This document shows, piece after piece, positions 51,843-64,000 of a stretch of 64,000 nucleotides of DNA; positions within the stretch are counted from its first letter, which is position 1; every line of letters begins with the position of its first letter. The stretch lies in assembly GCA_030390025.1 (NCBI GenBank), contig CM059432.1, forward strand, positions 114,826,001-114,890,000, read 5' to 3'. The notes under the pieces were generated by a model. The model ran no database searches. It saw nothing but the letters and a program-made list of their open reading frames with translations, and had not been told where the DNA came from. The translations under genes and the position numbers were made by a program. The DNA is from Squalus acanthias (lineage: Eukaryota).

Positions 51843-52749
51843 AGTCCAATTTATAACCCAATTAACCCATTAATTTGGCTCTCATTTGCCACTACAAATA
51901 TAGCTATTCACCAATTGCAAACCCACCAACTGGGGTGGACTTCTGAAATTTCTAAAAGTTATAACAATACTGTTGGAAAAGAAACAAGTTTTACTTTTTA
52001 AAAAAAAGCTCATGGTTAGGTACACAGCAGTGACTTGCACATAAACAATTGTTTTGCTCCACCAACTTCCCAAACACTAGGAAAACTTGAACAGATACTT
52101 GATTGTGAAACTGCACACTATCTGTTCGGTGAGGGTAGGGGATACAGGACTGCTTTGGATAGAGTTTTTTCCGCTAGCTTTGTCTTCACTTTTGAGGCCC
52201 TGGTGTTCAGAGTTGCATCAAAGCACAAAAAGCTTCCAGATTTAGTCCGTCTGTATGAGGTAGTTTTTCAAGCTCAATGTCATTGGCCTCTCCCATAAAC
52301 AGATCCCGTGTTCTCTACAATCAAGAGTACTTTGCAATATCTAGTCATATGATAGAACGACCATGGGATTGTAACAATGATTTCTCTCTTTGTGTGAACT
52401 GTGTCTTGCAATCTTGCATGTGTCCCAATGGCAGACTGATGAACACTTGAGTGAGACAAGACCAAGTATAAAACAATAAGCTAATTTAAATGTGAACATA
52501 TAGAATGTTTACAATGAATTTAAATCAACTTGATAACTCTCCTCATAATATATAAAAAAGCAAAGTACGCCACACTATCCCGGTTAGTGGGCTAAATTCA
52601 CTTTCCTGACTAAGCAATTCACTGAAGCTAGTCAGTGCTAAACTTAAGAAGGGACTTCTCGCCTTCTGTATCTGACTTCCACTCCAGATTTCTTCAGACT
52701 CTGTCAGCTTCTTCCAATCAGTTAGGCAACCAAAGACACTTTCCCCAAT

Positions 52750-52889
52750 ACAAAAAGAAAATACTGCAGATGCTGGAAATCTGAAATAAAAACAGAAAAT
52801 GCTGGAGATACTCAGCAGGTCAGGCAGCATCTGTGAAGAGAGAAACAGAGTTAACGTTTCAGGTCGATGACCTTTCGTCAGACAGAGAA
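52750..52889 (-). mobile_element. Penelope pLTR fragment with a hammerhead core
   Basis: Minus strand CTGACGA-a-AGGTC atc GACCT-GAA-ACGT-T-AACT; flanking repeat ttccccaat at 52741 and 52890. Confidence 0.8.
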
Positions 52890-54250
52890 TTCCCCAATTC
52901 TCTGTGGCTGGTGATTGGCCAGTTAAGCTGCCACTCAAATTTGCTAAAGAAGCTTCTATCCCACTCTGGGCTCATGTGAATGAAGCCATTCCAAATAACA
53001 CCCAATTTCCTCTTGGGAATGTGCTAATGACCTCACTGTCTCAAACTGATGTGGTATGCAAGCAGCACCATTCTGGGCGAACGCTTCAATTGTGTCTAAT
53101 TTGTATTTCCATAATGCAGCTGTTCTGTGGATTTAATCCCTCACTTGTGAGCTAAATTTAACTTAATAGCAACATCTTAATTAAAAGTAGATAAAAATCG
53201 TCCTTGTTAAATAAGCCAAAATCCCAAAATGTGACAAGCTTTGATAAAGGACTGCTGTACTGTCTGGGGTGGAAAAGGAGGAAGGCTTCATTAATGTAGC
53301 TTAGCAGTAGCCAGTATTTTCATCCTCCTGCTGACAAAACCCTTCTACACTGAGAATAAATTAGATAATTTTAGCAGCAGGAGGGCAAAGTTTCAAGTCT
53401 ACGCTATTGCTTTTCAAAGCAGTTCTATGGTATAAAAAGGTCTATAAGTGTGCTGGAACTATACCAGACTTCCTCTCAGTGCTTGTACCCTTGACAGTGT
53501 TAGAACTTCCAAGCTTTTTCAAAACTTGCAGAATGCTATTATTATTTGGTCCACTTGAGTCATCAGACATGCCTTCCAAAAGAAGAAAATGGAAGGATTT
53601 TGTGTATTTGTTGCAGAAATTAAGTCCCAGTGAAAATAAATCAATGAGCAATACTATTAACTAGGGGAGGTCACTATTGCAAACACATCAAATTCAATAG
53701 AAATGTGGCTTTGATTCTTTGGATATGGGGTTCAGAAGTACAGAACATATTTTTCCACATACATATAAATGTACATGAAAGCTTTGAGAGTATTTAAATT
53801 GTCCACAAGAGTGGAGGGTAAATGCCAACATGGGCTGGTTGGGCCGAATGGCCTGTTTCTATTTTGTAACTTCTCTGTATCATCTACGTATGTGGTCAAT
53901 TGATATGATTATTCACTAATTTATTCCATTACATGTTGACAACTTTAACTGAAGTTATCATCAGTCATTACATTTAGTCGTAGGGTAGTGACTGATCTCA
54001 GAATATTGCCCAACTATAGAATTTTACACAGCCACTGTATGTCTAAAGCATAGCATTTTAGTGTCTGATTCTTTTTAAAAATCAAACAAAATAAATCTTT
54101 TCAACAAACGAGGCTTAAAGATTGCTAATTGATTCTATGAATATCTTGACAAAGATATTCGGTTCTATCAATGCTTACTTTTATAGCACCTGCAAATAAC
54201 ACTCGTGAGGATCAAACCAGTCTACCCAAGGCTGGTCTACCCGAACAGTA

Positions 54251-54718
54251 GAAAAGAAAGAAAGAAGAAAGACTTGCATTTATATAGTGCCTTTCACGAT
54301 CACCGGACATCCCAAAGCACTTTACAGAGGTACTTTTTGAAGGGTAGTCACTGTTGTAATGTAGGAAACGCAACAGCCAAAATTGCACACAGCAAGCTCC
54401 CACAAAAAGCAATGTGATAATGACCAGATAACCTGTTTTTTAGTGATGTTGATTGAGGGATAAATATTGGCTAGGATATCGGGGATAACGCCCCTACTCT
54501 TCTTCGAAATAGTGCCATAGGATCTTTTACGTCCACCTGAGGGGGCAGACGGGGCCTCAGTTTAACGTCTCATCCGAAAGACAGCACCTCCGACATTGCA
54601 GCACTCCCTGAGTACTGCACTGGAGTGTCAGCCTAGATTTTTGAGCTCAAGTCTCTGGAGTGAGATTTGAACTCACAACCTTCTGACTCAGAGGCGGTGG
54701 TGCTACCAACTGAACCAC
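54251..54718 (-). mobile_element. DeuSINE, full length
   Basis: Reverse complement of 27942-28390 with a (ctt/cttt)n tail. Confidence 0.88.
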
Positions 54719-55069
54719 ACCACAAAGAACATGATGTAGAACAAAGACAAACCTTACTGTCTGAGGATACAAACATGGCCACAGATTGCAACACTCAATT
54801 ACAGACATGGTCCATCCTCATCACTGGCATGCGCATCCTGTTTGTATTTGAGGTGTTGACTTATGTCATCTAAAGTTTGAAAACAAATTGCCTGCTCCTT
54901 TTTATGCTTTTGCATTGGGGAACATTGTGATTTTAGGTGTTATTTCGAAAAGTTCAGTAGTAGATTGGTCACTAGCAGATAACTTGCCCTTCAATGCTTT
55001 TCAAACAAGGACACTGTAAAATTTTTAAGTTGGCAATCTCTAGTTAAAGAGGTAACTAATGCATCTTCC

Positions 55070-55125
55070 CACACACACACACACATGCATACAAACATAC
55101 ACACACATACAAACATAGACACACA
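55070..55125. repeat. Imperfect (CA)n microsatellite
   Basis: Directly visible. Confidence 0.8.
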
Positions 55126-55337
55126 TGTGCACAAGTCCTGATTATGAAAAGCTGATAGTGATTAGGCTGATCTCCACAATCGCTAATGCCCTCATTGGAG
55201 AAGCCATATTAAAAAGTAGCAATTAAGGCCACAGAGATGCCAACAAATCTAATTTGAGAGGCTTTCTCTACAAAGTACAATTCCTTCACTTGTTTAATAA
55301 GGTATCATCGTAGCATGATGAAACACTTCCACAATTA

Positions 55338-56185
55338 TAGTCCTACCCACTTATGTCGATATGTTGACGACCATTCTAATTTTGTTGAGATAAGCAGCTT
55401 GTTGACATAAGTGAGACAAAGCTGCAGATTTCCGTATCTGTCCCACCGCACCTCTCCTTTCCAGTATTATTTCAATTTTCTTCCCTGAAGATCTAGGTTC
55501 AGTTAGTCATTCGAAGCTTTGCTTTCTCACCACAAATGCAGCTCTTAATAAGAGAAAAGGCACTTACTACTTGGGATTCATAGAATCATAGAATGGTTAC
55601 AGCACAGAAGGAGGACATTCGGCCCGTCAAGCCCGTGCTGGAATTCATGGTTGACATTTCACTTTCACCCTCTCACTCTCTATCCTGAAACCTGCTCAAC
55701 TGATTTATCAGCTTTTTGCGGCTTCTCAAACCAACGTCAAAATTATATGTAAAAGAAATGTTTTTGTTTCCCTGAACCTACTATTCACCAACTGGGTAGA
55801 GTTAGTCAACCAAAATAGCTGTTTGTCAAACCAGGAAATAACAATGCTTCGGGAGGGGGGTGGGGGAGGAGTATCGGCAATCCTCTAATGTAGCCGGACC
55901 CCCGCAGAATCCTGGAAATTGGAGGTAGATGGCATCATTTGCCTCTTATCAAAGGATAACGGGGAAGGTGAAAAGATTACAATCCTAAAGGAAAAAGCGA
56001 CAATAACACATGCGCAATGACGCTCTTTGTATTTTTCTTCCTCCCTGTTTCGGGAGATTTACCCTCACCGTAACGTGACGATAAGGGTCTGTCGACATAA
56101 GTGGCAATAAAAGATGGCATTTAATACTGTTAGGGGCTTAAAAAAATTCAGCAAATTAAGCATACCAGAGTTTATGTCAACATCA
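55338..56185. mobile_element. Possible old Tigger-like element (CR1 tail nested at 55578-55620)
   Basis: Inverted cacttatgtcga / tcgacataagtg motifs near both ends. Confidence 0.4.
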
Positions 56186-56616
56186 ACATAACAACAACAA
56201 CTTGCATTTATGTAGAGACTTTAATGTAGTAAAATGTCCCAAGGCTCTTTACAGGAGCAATTATCAAACAAAATTTGACACTGAGCCACATAAGGAGATA
56301 GTAGGATAGGTGAAGGAGGTAGTTTTTAATGAACGTCTTAATGGAGGAGAGAGGTAGAGAGGCGGAGAGTTTTAGGGAGGGAATTCCAGAACTTAGGGCC
56401 TAGGCAGCTGAAGGCATAGCCACCAATGGTGGAGCAAAGAAAATTGGGGACGCGCAATAGGCCAGAATTGGAGGAGCGCACAGATCTTGGAGGGTCGTAG
56501 GGCTGGAGGAGGTTACAGAGATAGGAAGGGGTGAGGACATGGAGGGATTTGAAAACAAGGATGAGAATTTCAAAATTAAGGCGTTGCCAGACCAGGAACC
56601 AATTTGGTCATCGGGC

Positions 56617-57797
56617 ACATAGAAACATAGAAACAGGAGCAGGAGTAGGCCATTCGGCCCCTCGAGCCTGCTCCGCCATTCAATGCGATCATGGCTGATC
56701 ATCCAAATTCAGTACCCTGTCCCTGCTTTCTCCCCATAGCTTTAAGAAATATATCTAACTCCTTCTTGAATATATTTAATGAATTGGCCTCAACTGCCTT
56801 CTGTGGTAGAGAATTCCACAGGTTCACCACTCTCTGGGTGAAGAAATTCTTCCTCATCTCAGTCCTAAATGGCTTACCCCTTATCCTTAGACTGTGACCC
56901 CTGGTTCTGGACTCCCCCGCCATCGGGAACATCCTTCCTGCATCTAGTCTGTCTAGTCCTGTTAGAATTTTATAAGTTTCAATGAGATCCCCTCTCATTC
57001 TTCTAAACTCTAGCAAATATAAGCCTAATCAACCCAATCTCTCTTCATACGTCATTCCTGCCATCCCAGGTATCAGTCTGGTGAATCTTCGCTGCACTCC
57101 CTCCATGGCAAGAACATCCTTCCTCAGATAAGGCGACCAAAACTGCACACAATACTCAAGGTGTGGTCTCACCAAGGCCCTGTACAACTGCAGCAAGACA
57201 TCCTTACTCCTGTACTCGAATCCTCTCGCTATGAAGGCCAACATACCATTTGCCTTCTTAACCGCCTGCTGCACCTGCATGCTTATCTTCAGCGACTGGT
57301 CTCGTTGCACTGCCCCTTTTCCCAATCTATTGCCATTCAGATAATAATCTGCCTTCCTGTTTTTGCCACCAAAGTGGATAACCTCGCATTTATCCACATT
57401 ATACTACATCTGCCATGCATCTGCCCAATCACCCAACCTGTCCAAATCATACTGGAGTTTCTCTGCATCCTCCTCACAGCACACACGCCCACCCAGCTTT
57501 GTGTCATCTGCAAACTTGGAGATATTACATCTAGTTCCCTCGTCTAGATCATTAATATATATTGTGAATAACTGGGGTCCTAGCACCGATCGGTACCCCA
57601 CTAGTCACTGCCTGCCACTCGGAAAAAGACCCGTTTATTGCAACTCTTTGCTTCCTGTCTGCCAACCAGTTTTCTATCCAAGTCAGTACCTTACCCCGAA
57701 TCCCATGTGCTTTAACTTTGCACGCTAATCTCTTATGCGGGACCTTATCGAAAGCCTTCTGAAAGTCCAAATACACCACATCCACTGGTTCTCCCCA
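56617..57797 (-). mobile_element. CR1 LINE, 5'-truncated
   Basis: VDVVYLDFQKAFDKVPH and SKFADDTKL; sister of 23091-24443. Confidence 0.95.
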
Positions 57798-58126
57798 CAA
57801 GGGTGATGGGTGAACGAGACCTGGTGCAAGTTAGGCTATGGACATCAGAGTTTTGGATGAGCTCAAGTTTATGGAGGCTGGCCAAGAAAGCATTGGAATA
57901 GTCAAGTCTAGAGGTAACAAAGGCATGGATAAGGGTTTCAGCAGCAGATGAGCCGAGGCGGAGCGGAGATGGGTGATGTTACGGAGGTGGAATTAGGTGG
58001 TCTTGGTGATGGAGAGAATATGGGGTTTGATGCTTAGCTCAGGGTCAAATTGGACGCCAAGGTTGCGAACACTCTGGTTCAGCCTCAGACAGTAGCCAGG
58101 GAGAGGCACAGAGTCAGTGGCTAGGG

Positions 58127-58736
58127 TGCATCACTGGAACCGTCAAGTCCACCCCAACACCCTGGCTGCCCGTGCTGTTGCACATCACTCTCCTATCCAT
58201 TCGCCACGATGCCGCAACCCTCCGGGAAGTCCAGCGAATCGTGAAAAACGAACGTCTCCCCATCCACCAGGATCTCAATAATGTCCCTCAACACCGCTTG
58301 AAGTCCCGCAAGCCGTTTTGGACCCACGCGCTTAACTTTCGACAATGCAACTTCAAACCCTGGTGATGCTTAGAAAGTCGAATGGAGTTCACAAGAAGTA
58401 ACAAAGAAACACCTTGTGAAAGACCCGACACGGAAGATCCCTGGCTTCGGTCTTCCGCGAAGCTTATGGGCAACCCTAAACCGCATCCACACAAGCCATG
58501 GCAGATGCGGATACTTGACGCACAAATGGAGAATTAAAAACTCTTCAGTGTGCGACTGTGGTCACCCAGAACAGACCATGGAACATATAACGACTCAATG
58601 CCCGATTCACAAATACGAAGGAGGCACCACAGCGATACACTCCACTACTCCTGACGCAATTATCTGGTTTAACCCCCTAAGTGTAAAATTATAGTTGTTG
58701 CTCTACATCTACATCAGACATAGGAAGTAGTAGTAT
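58127..58736 (+). mobile_element. Vingi/Ingi-like LINE 3' fragment
   Basis: PGFGLPRSLWATLNRIHTSHGRCGYLTHKW...CDCGHPEQTMEHITTQCP (C-terminal CCHC motif); 10-bp TSD gtggctaggg at 58117 and 58737; (gta)n tail. Confidence 0.75.
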
Positions 58737-59539
58737 GTGGCTAGGGAATGGAATTTATGGCGGGGACCAAAGACAATGGCTTTTATCTTCCCAATACTTA
58801 ATTGGAGGAAATTTCTGCTGATCCAAAGCTGGATGTCGGACAAGCAGTCTGACAAATCAGGCAGTGGAGGGGTCGAGAAAGGTGGTGGTGAGGTAGAGCT
58901 GGGTGTCGTCAGCGTACATGTGGAACTGGACATTATGTTTGATATTAATGTGCAGAGAAGCGACTGGGACTTTACTTTTTGTCAAAATAAGCAGGTGTCG
59001 ACGTAAACAGGTTTGAGATAAGTGGATAGGACTGTACTTTATCAGCAAACCAAGGATGTGGCCTCCTTCTGTGCCACAACTTTCTATGATTCTATGATAT
59101 CTGAGGTGCAGGCATACCAGATTGCTTATTTTCAACATTATCTACATTGGGTATATTACAAATTGAAAACATTACCCCATATTAAAAATAAAATATTGAG
59201 GCATAATAGAATATGTTATGACTTTACACTTTAGAGTTACCTATATCTTTGTACGGCCTTGGTGTTCTGTAGCCAGGCATACAGGAGTGACTGGTTCTTT
59301 ATTTCTCAGTTAAGTATATGTGACAACAAATTTATTCTGAGCAATACTGTAACGATTGTCACAGACATTTAAAAAGATATCACTGTTATCCAAACAATTA
59401 GCCCAATGTTAAACAAGCTTTCCATTCATAATGAGAAATACCTCTGGATTAATTCTGAATGCAATTCTTTAAAAGGTAGAAAGAGCACTTTCAAAATAAA
59501 CCTGTTTACCTATAAATGCTGCAATTTTCTACTCTTTCC

Positions 59540-59828
59540 TCTCCTGAAGGCATGCAATCCTTGCTGGAATATGGTTCCGGTACTTCACCCGGACATTATT
59601 CATTTGTGAGTCTAAGTCAGTACATGTTGGCAGGCTATTTGATTGTGAGGCATCAGAACCAAAACTGATCTTGTCCTCATCTGACACGAGTGCACTTCCA
59701 GCTCGATAGCAATCGGCCCCAACTGTTAGCCTAGCTGAGATCATCTAATTCAGTGCAGACTAGTGATTGGACCTGGATCTTCCTGGTGTGTATGGCTCTG
59801 CTATCCGCTGGATAAAGTCACTGAGCTG
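59540..59828 (-). mobile_element. Old tRNA-headed SINE (family of 6212); another piece at about 60190-60410
   Basis: gctgagatcatctaattcagtgcagac and ttgtcctcatctgac correspond to gtgctgagttagctgatc and gtgaggataggatc. Confidence 0.55.
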
Positions 59829-60495
59829 AGTTACATTCTATACAATACACAGACTATATAATACATTTATTTAACAACAGCAAAATGAAAATCATTTTAG
59901 ATAATCTGGGAAAATAAACACTGCAGAAACCAAGAAATAGTTTCCAAATGAGCTTTGACATCTTAATCAGCTCTGCACTTGTAAGCAATTGCTGTATATC
60001 TCCATTTTGTAATTTGAGAAAAAGACTGCATCTATTTTATGAACAGAAATTTTTTTTTAAATTCCATCTTCAACTTTTCCCTTCCTCGCTAGAAAACACT
60101 AACTTCCATTGGGATTTGGTTCCATGGGTGCCAAGTTTCACAAGTTTCTAATCTTCATCTTTAGAGTGTGTCAGTAAGCTATTAGACATAGAGGCATCAT
60201 GACTGTGCCCAATCCTGTGCTCATCTCAAGTCCACCCATCCCATTTTCCAGCAGCAGTCACTAATGACCAGCAAAGGGCACCATGAATGAATTTTCAACT
60301 TCTTAGCCCATAGGCGCTGATGCCAACTATAGTCCCCGTACTGTTCTCCAGCTGAGCTAACTCCACACTGAACAAGGATCAAACTTGTGACCATCCTGAT
60401 CTAAATAACTAAATATCACTACTTTTAATTAAACTGAGAACTTACATAGATTATTTAACCCAGTAAAAAGTGAAATAAAGTCTGTTAATGCTTAC

Positions 60496-61445
60496 CTTTT
60501 TCACTGACACTTTCACTCTCAATCTCTACATCATCACAGCTGGTATATTCTGGAGTAGATGCAAGCTCTTCCTCTGAGCTACTCAATGAGACTTGGCGCA
60601 TTTTACCTCCTTTCTTTGTTTTATGTGGTTTTGGTGGTGGTGGCCTTACCGATTCAGATTGGTCTGAGCTGAGTGAGTCATTTCGTAGCATGGTTTCCAT
60701 CTTTTCCCGTTTTGTTTTCTTAACAGCAGAACTTGGATCTAAGTGATGCTGTTTCCGCAATGAATCTGAACGACGCATGTCACTCCTATCAAATGGGATT
60801 GGGCTTCGCCTAGGTGTCGGTGGACTGTGATTTGGGGTCCTTTGCCAACTAGAACTAGGCCCTTGCATGTCTTGAGTTCTTTCCATAGAGTAAGAACGCT
60901 GACTTTGTACAGGAGCTCTGCGGTCACATGCAGAGCGTTGTCTTGATTGCCTTTCCATTCTATGCATCGAGACTTGTGTATCATCCATCTCTGTGTATGC
61001 CAAAGACACATCACTGTGTCTTCGTTCATGACGCGCCCTAGACACTTCTGCATGCATCCGCATTTGCTCCTCATACGGTTGAGGTTTGACTGGGTAACGA
61101 GCCAAATTTGGATCACTACGATAGCGGGTTTGGTACTCCTCCTCTCGCCTCTGTCTTTCATATTCGTCCCTAGTTTGTATATCAATATCCTCATCTACCA
61201 AATCTCGGAACTCTTGAGACCTTCTTCGACTTCTACGACCCGAATCCCTGCTTTCTCTGTACTCAATATGTTCAGAGTCATCATAAACCCGTGACCCACG
61301 TAGGGATCGCTTGTCACGGTCTGCATATTCTGTAGGTGATCTTTGCATTGCACTTTCCAAAAGTGCATACTGTGACTGATCTGCTCTCTCGTCCCTCTGG
61401 TCGTATTTTCGATTGTGTTCCCTGGATGTTGATGGGCTCCTCTTC
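60496..61445 (-). CDS. RIMS2: Internal coding exon of regulating synaptic membrane exocytosis protein 2 (RIM2), region between the zinc finger and PDZ domain
   Basis: Translation RKRSPS...RYRSDPNLARYPVKPQPYEEQMR.HAEVSRARHERRHSDVSL...KQHHLDPSSAVKKTKREKMETMLRNDSLSSDQSESVRPPPPKPHK...SSSEEELASTPEYTSCDDVEIESESVSEKG matches vertebrate RIM2 as I recall it. Acceptor ttccatccAG at 61447-61446 (phase 2), donor G|GTAAG at 60495 (phase 1). Confidence 0.95.
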
Positions 61446-63071
61446 CTGGATGGAAATAAGCAACACATTCAGTCAGGGAGACTTTTCTAACAACAATAAG
61501 GTGTTAAAATTAAAACATTTTAATCAATGCTTTCCTGTACATTAAAATTAGAAATTGTGAAGACGGTCAAGCATTAATTAGGCTATTGCATAGTCATCAT
61601 AAATGCAAAATATTAGAGCATTTTTATTTATTTGCCATTAATCCTAAATTGAGCTGAGAGTGAAACAAAACATGGCATCAAAGCACTACAACGTTTAACT
61701 ACTCATCACAAAACACTGCATTGAACAGCAAAGTAATTAAAGTCCATGTAACATTCTCTCTCAGTTTTATTCTGACATTTTAAGATTATGACTTTTTTTT
61801 CTATTTTTGTTAAACATTCTACCTGGCTTTACCTTTCTATTTGCCATTGCACATCTGGGAGATAGAGAGCATTCTGTCCAGAAGAATGCATCAAATCCAA
61901 GCTGGCAAGCACTTTTCTTTAATCTCCCCAGGCTCTGCAAAATTACATCCAAAAGCTTCCAATAATTGCAGCCTTGCTGAGCTTTGCACACAGAATTATT
62001 CTCCCCATATATTGTGATTCCATCCACATTAGAAAATCAGAATCTGCACAGCCATCGCAAAGCTAGAAAGTGGACCTCAATCCCACCAACCCAACTTTGA
62101 TATGTGATGACCTACAGTGGAGACTGTTGGGAGGAGGAGTGAGGAGTTTTACAGTTTAATGCTGTTATCATGTGCTGTATATAGCTGGAGGTCAAGTAAG
62201 ATTTTACCCTCCAAGGAGGATTATGGTACTTAGCTGATTACTGACTCGCAGTTATGCCTGTAAAATGCAGGATTGTCTTTAGTATTTTCCTTCTGTACCA
62301 CAGAAATGATTATTTTGCTCAGAATCTTACATTCAGATTGAAGCAAATCCCCCATCTATAATAGCTTTTTCCACAACTTTCAATCTCAGAACTCTACACA
62401 ATTGAGATGATATTAAAATACCGTGTAGAACATTGGTTATCAAAAGGACAATACAATTTGTTTGAAACTACAACACATAAACATTCCAGCATGTATCCTT
62501 GCCCTTGTAACATATAGTGGGCTATCCACATTCCAGTCATGAGTGGTGAATTTTCTGGATCCCAAAGAAACCTCATAACCTAATAGGAGATTTTGTTTAT
62601 TCCGTACATTCAGTTTTAAACCCGATATACTGATTTATATTTTTGCATTGATATATTGCTTAAAAATCGTGTAGAAAATGTGCTTTTGCATTGCAAACAG
62701 CTGAGCAGTCAATTATCTAGCATTTTCTGATGTGTTTGGAGCCTAGCCAACTTTGGAAGTCATTTCAATTTAGTCACTGGCACTACACAGTGCAGCTTAT
62801 CAGAAGGGTTTGCTGCTGCTGTCTCTGACAGACCAAGAATTAGCTGTTGCTGTGGAAGAACTGAACAGCCAATGATGTGGAAATCAGTAGGGGCTCCCTC
62901 ATCATTGGATCTGCAGATGGGGGGAGGGGGAGGAGTGTCTACTGTCCAGATATCAGAATGCTGCTGAAAGGAGCCTACACAGCAATTACCAATAAAACAC
63001 CACTGAAGATTTTACTTTTGCTCCAAATTATATAATCACATAATTTGGATCTGACAGTGTCCATAACTATA

Positions 63072-63783
63072 TACGGCATTACCATCGTCGTATCCCCCAC
63101 CATCAACACCCTGAGGGTCACCATTGACCAGAAACTTAACTGGACCAGCCACATAAATACTGTGGCTACAAGAGCAGGTCAGAGGCTGTGTATTCTGTGG
63201 CGAGTGTCTCACCTACTGACTCCCCAAAGCCTTTCCACTATCTATAAGGCACAAGTAAGGAGTGTGATGGAATACTCTCCACTTGCCTGGATGAGTGCAG
63301 CTGCAACAACACTCAAGAAGCTCAACACCATCCAGGACAAAGCAGCCCGTTTGATTGGCACCCCATCCACCAACTTAAACATTCACTCCCTCCACCTTGG
63401 CGTACCGTGGCTGCAGTGTGTACCATCTACAAGATGCACTGCAGCAACTCACCAAGGCTTCTTCGGCAGCACCTCCCAATAACGCGACCTCTTCCACCAA
63501 GAAGGACAAGGGCAGCAGGCTCATGGGAACACCACCACCTCCAAGTTCCCCTCCAAGTCACACACCATCCTGACTTAGAAGTATATCGCCGATCCTTCAT
63601 CGACGCTGGGTCAAAATCCTGGAACTCCCTACCTAACAGCACTGTGTGTGTACCTTCACCACACGGACTGCAGCGGTTCAAGAAGGCAGCTCACCACCAC
63701 CTTCTCAAGAGCAACTAGGGATGGGCAATAAATGCTGGCCTTGCCAGCGACGCCCAGATCCCATAAGCGAATTTTTAAAAAAT
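63072..63783 (+). mobile_element. Zenon-like CR1-group LINE 3' fragment
   Basis: VTIDQKLNWTSHI, YKAQVRSVMEYSPLAWMSA; closely similar to the reverse complement of 15705-16266. Confidence 0.9.
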
Positions 63784-64000
63784 GTCCTGCGTGTAGGGTT
63801 AAAAGATCTTGAACATTTGGTATACACATTTTTTTTCATTTTTCGTTTCAAAACTTTTCAATTACATTTTCAATCTCACAGTAATACTGGTCAATATTAA
63901 GACTTTGACATGAAAGAAGAACAAGTTGGATAATTGAATGCTTCTCTGATGACTCAACTGGTAAGGGCACTAGCCACGATCCTTCTACTGCCTCTGCTAG

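Larger units (their letters stand above)
56188..58940 (-). mobile_element. L2 LINE interrupted by CR1 (56617-57797) and a Vingi-like element (58127-58736)
   Basis: (gtt)n tail at 56188; FHMYADDTQLY at about 58900; collinear with 11041-11970. Confidence 0.88.

Noticed and set aside
52543..52938. 131-aa ORF as a RIMS2 exon
   Set aside because: Runs through a Penelope pLTR fragment; no convincing RIM similarity.
60739..61294. Overlapping ORFs of 151 and 115 aa
   Set aside because: Shadow frames of the RIMS2 exon.

Overview
Vertebrate genomic DNA, very probably a cartilaginous fish (shark), inferred from the repeat repertoire. The only recognisable host gene is RIMS2 (presynaptic active-zone protein RIM2) on the minus strand. 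One 950-nt coding exon lies at 60496-61445, and the ~60 kb to its left appears to be the downstream intron, as I could not find the next known exon. The intron is packed with nested mobile elements. These include a decayed two-gene PIF/Harbinger transposon (Myb/SANT gene plus convergent DDE transposase, 1-4313), two older Harbinger fossils, and a family of palindrome-rich Harbinger-type non-autonomous elements with TTA target duplications. There are also many CR1 and L2 LINE pieces, a Zenon-like CR1-group LINE with its partner SINE, DeuSINEs, a Vingi-like LINE, Tigger- and MULE-like miniature elements, and Penelope-like retroelements. The most notable observations: (i) Penelope ends carry minimal type-I hammerhead ribozyme motifs, three of them in the RIMS2 sense orientation; (ii) one hairpin apex in the Harbinger-type MITE family has taken independent insertions in two of four copies; (iii) there is a possible unannotated, frame-compatible alternative first exon of RIMS2. 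Repeat boundaries were read by eye and are approximate unless a TSD or TIR is quoted.
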